Positions 26,383 through 32,000 of a DNA stretch of 32,000 nucleotides are shown piece by piece (positions within the stretch are counted from its first letter, which is position 1; every line of letters starts with the position of its first letter). Origin of the DNA: Xanthomonas campestris pv. campestris str. ATCC 33913 (GTDB taxonomy: Bacteria; Pseudomonadota; Gammaproteobacteria; Xanthomonadales; Xanthomonadaceae); the NCBI RefSeq assembly GCF_000007145.1, contig NC_003902.1, positions 1,087,436 to 1,119,435 of the forward strand, given 5' to 3'. The position numbers and the translations under genes were made by a program. The notes beneath the pieces were generated by a model, which made no database searches, had not been told where the DNA came from, and was given only the letters and a program-made list of their open reading frames with translations.

Positions 26383-26811
26383 ATGTCCAAGTCCCTGACC
26401 TGCAGCGTGTTGTGCCTGGCCGTGCTGGCGGTTGCCGGCTGTCGTCAGCAACCTGCCGAGCCTGCCGCATCCCCGGCCAAACCTGCAGTCACCACCCCCG
26501 CAGCTGCGGCCAGCGCGGGCAACGCAGCGGAAGAACGCGCGCTGCAACGCCTGCAGACACAACTGCAGCGCGACCGTTTTTATCCCGATGACTGCATCAG
26601 CATCATGACCGAGCAGGAAGAAGACGCGCCTGTATCGGATGCCTTTGAATTCGCCGTGCACGAACGCCACGGCGATGGCTGCCCGGGCGATCCGCAGACC
26701 AGTCCGGTGCGCGACCGCTTCCGCGTGCAGGCCGATGGCCGCTTGCTCTGGTACGACGTGGTCAACGGGGATTTTGTCGACTACGCCGAGCATCAGCGCA
26801 GCACGCAGTGA
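26383..26811 (+). CDS. Small lipoprotein of unknown function (142 aa)
   Basis: ATG at 26383 (GGAG at 26374-26377) within ORF 26347-26811. Signal plus lipobox MSKSLTCSVLCLAVLAVAG/C, with Cys at residue 20. An Ala/Pro-rich tether precedes a ~90-aa domain with two Cys (DDCISIM...GDGCPGDP). I recognise no family. Confidence 0.7.
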   Translation: MSKSLTCSVLCLAVLAVAGCRQQPAEPAASPAKPAVTTPAAAASAGNAAEERALQRLQTQLQRDRFYPDDCISIMTEQEEDAPVSDAFEFAVHERHGDGCPGDPQTSPVRDRFRVQADGRLLWYDVVNGDFVDYAEHQRSTQ

Positions 26812-26910
26812 TGCAGCGCCGATCAGCAGCGCAGACGTATTGAAGCCCACTACGCAGCGTGCAGGCACCGCCACCGCGCCATGCCTTCGCCGTCGCACGG
26901 ACGCGCTAGA

Positions 26911-27654
26911 TCACAGCGCCAGCTGTTCCAGCGCCAGGCCGTCGGCGTCCACGCGCAACACCGAGCCTTGTTCGTACCAATCGCCCAGCACCACGCGTGT
27001 GCAGGTGCGGCCACCGGCCTGCACGGTGTGGATGGCCGGGCGGTGGGTGTGGCCGTGGATGATGCGGTCCAGGCCGTAGCGCACGAAGGTGGCATCCACC
27101 TCGGCCGGCGCCACGTCGGTCACGGTTTCGAACTGTGCCTGGTCGCCTTGCTTGAGCTCTGACTGGCGCGCATGGCTCGCGGCGCGTGCCTGCTGTGCGA
27201 ACGCCACGCGTGCGGCCAGCGGCTGCGACAGGAACTGTGCCTGGAAAGCCGGGTCGCGCGTTTGCGCGCGGAAGGCCTGGTAGGCGGTGTCGTCGGTGCA
27301 CAGCAGGTCGCCGTGCATCAGTAGCGTCGGCTGCCCGTACAGATCGATGACGGTGGGGTCGGGCAGGATGCGGAAGCCGGCGCGTTGCGCGTAGGCGGCA
27401 CCGACCAGGAAGTCGCGATTGCCGGGCATGAAGAACACCGGCACACCGGTGGTGGCCACCGCGTGCAAGGCCTCGGCCACCGCATCCGCGGCGGTCGACG
27501 GGGTGTCGTCGCCGATCCACGCCTCGAACAGATCGCCAAGGATGTAGAGCGCGTCGCTGCCGGGTACCTGCGTGCGCAGGAAATCCAGGAACAGCTCGGT
27601 GATCGCCGGCCGGGCCGGGTCCAGATGCAGGTCGGAGATGAACAGGGTCGTCAT
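26911..27654 (-). CDS. lpxH: UDP-2,3-diacylglucosamine diphosphatase (lipid A biosynthesis)
   Basis: [26 protein letters not shown]...[17 protein letters not shown]...[10 protein letters not shown]...[18 protein letters not shown]...[10 protein letters not shown] is collinear with E. coli LpxH (MATLFIADLHL...[16 protein letters not shown]...HGNRDFL...HGHTHRPA). Confidence 0.95.
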   Translation of the reverse strand: MTTLFISDLHLDPARPAITELFLDFLRTQVPGSDALYILGDLFEAWIGDDTPSTAADAVAEALHAVATTGVPVFFMPGNRDFLVGAAYAQRAGFRILPDPTVIDLYGQPTLLMHGDLLCTDDTAYQAFRAQTRDPAFQAQFLSQPLAARVAFAQQARAASHARQSELKQGDQAQFETVTDVAPAEVDATFVRYGLDRIIHGHTHRPAIHTVQAGGRTCTRVVLGDWYEQGSVLRVDADGLALEQLAL

Positions 27655-27765
27655 CGCGCCATTGTACGGGAGCGTCCCGGATGCATCAGCGCCTCACGCA
27701 TCGCTGGCTGCGGGTCTGACGATGCTTGCATGCGGTGTGGTGTTCCCTGATCGGGAAGTCGCGCA

Positions 27766-28314
27766 TCAGACGAACAAGGCAGGAACCGGCAACCACCACA
27801 ACGAGAGACTGGCCAGCGCAATGCCGATCGCGGTGGCGGCGAGTACGTCGCTGGGATAGTGCAGTCCCAGCACCACACGCGAGAGCGCCACACCCGCAGA
27901 AAACGGCACCAGCAGCGGGGCCAGCCAGGGGTAATAGGCCAGCGCGACGATGCTGAAGGACACCGCGTGCAGGGTGTGCCCGGAGGGAAAGCTGAATTCA
28001 TCCAGAGGCGCCACCCAGGCGCGGATGCGCACATCCGCCGCATACGGACGCGGCCGGCGCGTCCAGCGTTTGAGAGTCTTGTAGAGGGTCAGCGCCAGCA
28101 CGCCGGTGGCGGCCATGTGCGCGGAGGCGCGCACGCCGTCCATACCGTCCAGCAGCACCAGCAGGCCCATCAGGCTGTACCAGAACACCCCGTCGCCGAG
28201 CCGGCTGATCGCCGCGAAGCTGCGCCGCACCGGGTGCCGGCGGCACCAGTGGTTGGCCCGCCGGCACCAGCGCGCTTCGTGACCGTGCAGGAGTTCAAGC
28301 CGCGTCGACGACAT
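27766..28314 (-). CDS. PAP2-family (type 2 phosphatidic acid phosphatase-like) membrane phosphatase
   Basis: All three PAP2 motifs are present: KRWTRRPRP (KxxxxxxRP), PSGH, SRVVLGLHYPSD (SRxxxxxHxxxD). Multiple hydrophobic helices. The start ATG at 28314 overlaps the 3' end of the upstream glycosyltransferase gene by 20 nt. Confidence 0.85.
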   Translation of the reverse strand: MSSTRLELLHGHEARWCRRANHWCRRHPVRRSFAAISRLGDGVFWYSLMGLLVLLDGMDGVRASAHMAATGVLALTLYKTLKRWTRRPRPYAADVRIRAWVAPLDEFSFPSGHTLHAVSFSIVALAYYPWLAPLLVPFSAGVALSRVVLGLHYPSDVLAATAIGIALASLSLWWLPVPALFV

Positions 28315-29431
28315 ACCGCCCCCGTGCCGCCGTGATCCCCAGCAGCAGTGCTTCGAAATCGGACACCACGTTGTCCGGATGCAGTTTCTTCATCGCCTGT
28401 GCGGCGGCATGGCCCATGCGTTGGCGCACGTCGTCGTTTTCGGTCAGTGTCAGTGCGGCCTGCACGAATGCAGCGTCGTCCTCCACTGCAGCGCCGGTCT
28501 GGCCATTGCGCAGGTATTCGCGCGCCGCACCGTAATCGAAGGCCACCGTCGCCACGCCGCTGGCCATCGCTTCCAGGGTGACGTTACCGAAGGTCTCGCT
28601 ACGGCTGGGAAACAGGAACAGATCGCCGCTGGCGAAGTGCCGCGCCAGCGCGTCGCCGCGCTGGATGCCGCAAAAAATGAAGTCCGGATTCTCGTGAGCG
28701 ATCTTTTCGCGCGCCGGGCCATCGCCCACCCACACAAAGCGCGCCTTGGGGCGGAGCTGCTGCAGCTTGCGAAACGCGCGGATCGCCAGAGGCAGGTTTT
28801 TCTCGTTGGCAATCCGGCCTACGTAGATCGCTGCAAAGCCTTCGCCTTCGATGCCCCATTCGGCGCGCAACGCGGCGTCGCGGCGGGACGGATCGAACTG
28901 CAGGCTGTCCACCGCACGCGCCAGCAACTGCACCCGTTCGAAACCGCTGCCGCGCAGGAACTGCTGCAGCTCGCGGGTGGGAACCAGCGTGGCTTCGGCC
29001 TGGTTGTGGAAGCGCCGCATCCAGCGCAGCGCGGTGCCTTGCAGCCAGGCCGCGCCGTAATCGGGCAGGTATTCGTCGAAGCGGGTGTGGAAGCCGGTGG
29101 CGACCGGAATGCCAAGCCGCCGCGCCGCGCGCATGGCCGACCATCCCAACGGGCCTTCCGTGGCCACGTAGATCGCATCCGGTTGCGTGGTTGCCCAATG
29201 CCGGGTGAGCCGCCGGGTGGCCGGCAGCCCGAACTTCAGCCCGGGGTAGCGTGGCAGCGACGCGCCGCGCACCAGCACGGTGTCGGCCGGCGTGCTGTCG
29301 GCCGCTTGCCGTGGGCGCACCACATCGACCTGATGGCCGCGCGCACGCAGACCGGTTTCCAGGCCATGCACGGTGAGCGCAACGCCGTTGACTTCGGGTG
29401 GATAGGTTTCGGTAACGATCGCGTAGCGCAT
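28295..29431 (-). CDS. Glycosyltransferase, GT-B fold, family 4 (GT1-type 'glycosyl transferase group 1')
   Basis: ATG at 29431 inside track ORF 28295-29656(-). N-terminus MRYAIVTETYPPEVNGVALTV is typical of the GT4 N-domain. The C-domain has the EX7E-like region LFLFPSRSETFGNVTLEAMASGVATVA. The upstream part of the track ORF is only a read-through of the heptamer repeats. Confidence 0.85.
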   Translation of the reverse strand: MRYAIVTETYPPEVNGVALTVHGLETGLRARGHQVDVVRPRQAADSTPADTVLVRGASLPRYPGLKFGLPATRRLTRHWATTQPDAIYVATEGPLGWSAMRAARRLGIPVATGFHTRFDEYLPDYGAAWLQGTALRWMRRFHNQAEATLVPTRELQQFLRGSGFERVQLLARAVDSLQFDPSRRDAALRAEWGIEGEGFAAIYVGRIANEKNLPLAIRAFRKLQQLRPKARFVWVGDGPAREKIAHENPDFIFCGIQRGDALARHFASGDLFLFPSRSETFGNVTLEAMASGVATVAFDYGAAREYLRNGQTGAAVEDDAAFVQAALTLTENDDVRQRMGHAAAQAMKKLHPDNVVSDFEALLLGITAARGRYVVDAA

Positions 29432-29514
29432 GGTCGTTCTCCCGTTTGATCTAGCTTCCGGGAACGCGATGGCAGCGGTATTGCGCGAAGAAGTCGCGGG
29501 GGTGACAGAGGGGT

Positions 29515-29549
29515 GGGAATCGGGAGTGGGGAATCGGGAATCGGGAATC
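29515..29549. repeat. Heptanucleotide tandem repeat array (GGGAATC)n, left arm
   Basis: GGGAATC at 29515-29521, a degenerate GGGAGT, G-GGGAATC at 29528-29535, then perfect GGGAATC at 29536-29542 and 29543-29549. Confidence 0.9.
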
Positions 29550-29617
29550 GTAAAAAGCGTGGGGCTGTGGCGCTTAACGCAACTGCGATGGGAACGCCCG
29601 GCGTCCCACAGCCGACA

Positions 29618-29644
29618 ATTCCCCATTCCCCATTCCCCATTCCC
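29618..29644. repeat. Heptanucleotide tandem repeat array (ATTCCCC)n, the reverse complement of (GGGGAAT)n; right arm, inverted relative to the left arm
   Basis: ATTCCCC at 29618-29624, 29625-29631 and 29632-29638, plus a partial ATTCCC at 29639-29644. Its reverse complement, GGGAATGGGGAATGGGGAAT, pairs with the left array at 6 of every 7 positions. Confidence 0.9.
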
Positions 29645-29667
29645 GCCTGAGGCCAACGGCCGCTGGC

Positions 29668-31194
29668 CTACGTCACAAACGGCCGGAACATGATGCCCAG
29701 ACCCGCCATCCCTTCCACTTCGCCGATCAGGTCGGCGCGCAGCAACGGGCGCGAATCGATCCAGGCCTGCGACAGGATCAGCGACAGCCGGTTGTCGTCG
29801 GCGGTGAGTTCCAGGGTCGGGATCGGATCGGTTTCGTGGGCGCGGTGCAGCAGTACGGCCAACCGCAGCAGCGCGGCCTTGCGCCGGGTTGGCAGCAGCA
29901 AGCGGTCGGGCAATGCGTCGAAGGCAGTCTTGGGCACATTGCGGCGATGCGTGCGCACCAGCGCGGCCAGCACCTGCTGTTCCTGCCGCGAGAACCCGGC
30001 GATATCCGAGTGTTCCAGGATGTAGCTACCGTGCACGTGGTACTGGCTGTGCGCGATCATCAGGCCCAGTTCGTGCAGGCGTGCGGCGCGGCGCAGCACC
30101 TGCGCGTCGTCGCCATCGAGCTGCCAGGATTCGCAGACCTGGTCGAACAGGCGGCACGCGGTGGCTTCCACGCGCTGTGCCTGCGCCTCGTCGATGCCAT
30201 AGCGCTGCACCAACGACGCCACCGAACTGTCGCGCGGGTCGTTCTCGCCGCCGCGGCCGAGCATGTCGTACAGGATGCCTTCGCGCATCGCCGCCTTGCT
30301 GACCATCAGCTTCTCCAGGCCCAGCGCCTGGAAGGCCGCTTCGAGCACCAGAATGCCGCCAGCGATGATCGGCCGCCGCTCGGCCGCCAGGCCGGGCAGT
30401 TGGATGTCTTCGATGCGCTTGGCCTTGAGCAGCTCATCGCGCAGCGCTGGCAGCGCCTCGGCGGTGATCGCGCCCTTGGTGAGCTTCATCGCCGCGCACA
30501 TCTCGCCGATGGCCTTGTGCGTGCCGGACGAGCCAATCGCTTCATGCCAGCCCAGCGCCTTGTACTGGCCGGCAAACTGCTGGAACTCGGCGCCGATCTC
30601 GGTCAGCGCGTCTTTCCACTTTTTCTTGGAGAGCTTGCCGCCGGGAAAGAACCGCCGCGTACTGGCAATACAGCCGGCCTGCAGGCTTTCGCGTTCCAGG
30701 GTCTGGAAGCCGCGGCCGATGATGAACTCCGTGGAGCCACCGCCGATGTCGATCACCAGCCGGCGTTGATCGGGCTTGGGTGGTTGCGCATGCGCCACGC
30801 CCAGATAGATCAAGCGCGCTTCCTCGCGCCCGCTGACCACTTCGATAGCATGGCCAAGCGCAGTTTCGGCCGGCATCAGGAACGCCTGCGGCGAGCGCAG
30901 CTGGCGCACGGTGTTGGTGGCCAGCGCGCGCACGCGCAGCGATGGCACCTCGCGGATGCGTTGGCCGAAGCGTGCTAGGCACTCGAGCGCGCGCTGGCGC
31001 GCCTCGTTGGAAATGCCGCCCTTGCCATCCAGGCCGTCGGCCATGCGCACGGTTTCGCGCAGGCGGTCGACAACGCGCAACTGACCCATCAGGTAGCGCG
31101 CAATGACCATGTGGAAGCTGTTGGATCCTAAGTCGATGGCGGCGAGAAAATCGCCATCGCGCAGGGGCGGGATCGTGGGGGAGGGCATTGGCAT
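29668..31194 (-). CDS. ppx: Exopolyphosphatase (Ppx/GppA family)
   Basis: 508 aa. AAIDLGSNSFHMVIA (ASKHA phosphate-1 motif), VIDIGGGSTEFIIG, and a C-terminal HD-like region LHELGLMIAHSQYHVHGSYIL. It lies immediately downstream of ppk, as in the E. coli ppk-ppx operon. Confidence 0.93.
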   Translation of the reverse strand: MPMPSPTIPPLRDGDFLAAIDLGSNSFHMVIARYLMGQLRVVDRLRETVRMADGLDGKGGISNEARQRALECLARFGQRIREVPSLRVRALATNTVRQLRSPQAFLMPAETALGHAIEVVSGREEARLIYLGVAHAQPPKPDQRRLVIDIGGGSTEFIIGRGFQTLERESLQAGCIASTRRFFPGGKLSKKKWKDALTEIGAEFQQFAGQYKALGWHEAIGSSGTHKAIGEMCAAMKLTKGAITAEALPALRDELLKAKRIEDIQLPGLAAERRPIIAGGILVLEAAFQALGLEKLMVSKAAMREGILYDMLGRGGENDPRDSSVASLVQRYGIDEAQAQRVEATACRLFDQVCESWQLDGDDAQVLRRAARLHELGLMIAHSQYHVHGSYILEHSDIAGFSRQEQQVLAALVRTHRRNVPKTAFDALPDRLLLPTRRKAALLRLAVLLHRAHETDPIPTLELTADDNRLSLILSQAWIDSRPLLRADLIGEVEGMAGLGIMFRPFVT

Positions 31195-31251
31195 GGCCGC
31201 ATGGTAGCCGATGGGCTGCCAGCCCCGTGAGAGGCGGCGGCCCGTCTGGCC

Positions 31252-32000
31252 TCAGACCCGATCGAGCAAGGTCATCTGGGCCGAATGCGCCGGCTCGCCA
31301 GGCCCGGGCGTGCGCTTGTGATAGATGCCTTCGGCATCCAGTTCCCACGCGTTGACGTTGTCGTCCAGGTAGTTCTGCAGCACTTCGCGGTAGACGCGCT
31401 TGGCCAGGTCCGGATCCAGGATCGGGAAGCAGGTCTCCACCCGGCGCAGCAGATTGCGCTCCAGCCAGTCGGCGCTGGCGCAATACAACTCCGCTGCGCC
31501 GTCGTTGCCGAACCAGTACACGCGGCTATGTTCCAGAAAACGCCCCACGATCGAGCGCACGCGGATGTTGTCCGACACGCCCGGCACGCCCGGGCGCAAG
31601 GTGCAGGCCCCACGCACGATCAGGTCGATCTGCACGCCCGCCTGCGAGGCGGTATACAACGCGCGCACCACCTGCGGTTCGTTGAGTGCGTTCATCTTGG
31701 CGATGATGCGCCCGGGCCGGCCGTTGCGCGCTAGCCGCGTCTCGCGTTCGATCCGCTGCAGCACGCCGGTATGCAGGGTGAAGGGCGATTGCAGCAGCTG
31801 TTCCAGCTTCATGCGCGGCGCCAGGCCGGAGAGCTGCTGAAACAGCATGTGCACATCGTTGCCGATCTCCACATCGGCGGTGATCAGGCTCAGGTCGGTG
31901 TACAGGCGCGCTGTGCCGCTGTGGTAGTTGCCGGTGCCCAGGTGCACGTAGCGTTTGAGCTTGCGTCCTTCGCGGCGCACGATCAGCAACATCTTGGCGT
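31252..32000 (-). CDS. ppk: Polyphosphate kinase 1, C-terminal ~249 codons (5' part lies beyond the window end)
   Basis: Track ORF 31252-31992(-) stays open to the window edge. RYVHLGTGNYHSGTARLYTDLSLIT and SIVGRFLEHSRVYWF are the PLD-like C-domain motifs of PPK1. The stop is 57 nt upstream of the ppx start. Confidence 0.92.
   Translation of the reverse strand, partial: AKMLLIVRREGRKLKRYVHLGTGNYHSGTARLYTDLSLITADVEIGNDVHMLFQQLSGLAPRMKLEQLLQSPFTLHTGVLQRIERETRLARNGRPGRIIAKMNALNEPQVVRALYTASQAGVQIDLIVRGACTLRPGVPGVSDNIRVRSIVGRFLEHSRVYWFGNDGAAELYCASADWLERNLLRRVETCFPILDPDLAKRVYREVLQNYLDDNVNAWELDAEGIYHKRTPGPGEPAHSAQMTLLDRV

Noticed and set aside
29491-29508. Possible Pho box upstream of the GT4-PAP2 operon (CTGTCAC on the minus strand at 29502-29508).
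   Set aside because: Only one half-site matches. The position 11 bp downstream reads GCGACTT, so the direct-repeat structure required for PhoB dimer binding is absent.
29432-29656. N-terminal extension of the glycosyltransferase ORF (MASGGNGEWGMGN...IPDSRFPTPDS...).
   Set aside because: The extension is just the heptamer repeat arrays read in frame. The GT4 N-domain consensus begins at MRYAIVTETYPPEVNG (ATG 29431).
1-32000. Window-wide look for CRISPR arrays, tRNA/rRNA genes, IS elements, transposases, integrases, phage genes, toxin-antitoxin pairs and known defence-system signatures.
   Set aside because: I found no regularly spaced repeat-spacer structure, no cloverleaf-like or rRNA-like segments in the few intergenic gaps, and no DDE, tyrosine or serine recombinase motifs in any frame I read. 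The only nuclease-like gene is the isolated HNH ORF. A sensitive profile search could still reveal something I cannot recognise by eye.

Overview
High-GC (about 65%) gammaproteobacterial chromosome. The gene content and the MopB-like OmpA porin point to Xanthomonas or a close Xanthomonadaceae relative. The window is almost entirely core housekeeping genes, densely packed on both strands. In order: a partial MDR-type dehydrogenase; a major OmpA-family porin (MopB-like) with a clean terminator; a small secreted protein plus a pseudouridine synthase; kbl with a coupled small HNH protein; a sulfate ABC uptake operon (sbp-cysU-cysW-cysA) followed by a TorF/Gcw_chp-family porin; tdh; a TonB-dependent receptor divergent from a Tat-exported phosphocholine-type phospholipase C; a histidine phosphatase; two tandem paralogous membrane proteins of unknown function; the conserved block folC-dedD(SPOR)-cvpA-purF; a DUF455 ferritin-like protein; a secreted metzincin-like metalloprotease plus a small lipoprotein; lpxH; a PAP2 phosphatase overlapping a GT4-type glycosyltransferase; ppx; and the 3' part of ppk. 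I found no rRNA, tRNA, CRISPR array, transposase/integrase or recognisable defence system. I cannot point to a clear-cut novel system. The items most worth a second look are: (1) back-to-back Pho-box-like repeats in the TBDR/phospholipase C divergent promoter; (2) the tandem, compositionally different pair of unknown 3-TM proteins just upstream of folC; (3) an inverted pair of heptanucleotide microsatellite arrays around a structured core between ppx and the glycosyltransferase; (4) tdh and kbl split by the opposite-strand sulfate operon; (5) an HNH protein tightly coupled to kbl; (6) the GT4/PAP2/lpxH envelope-lipid cluster next to ppk-ppx; (7) a protease/lipoprotein pair preceded by about 600 bp of lower-GC, apparently decayed DNA. 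All homology statements come from my own reading of the translations against remembered family signatures. No database search was run.
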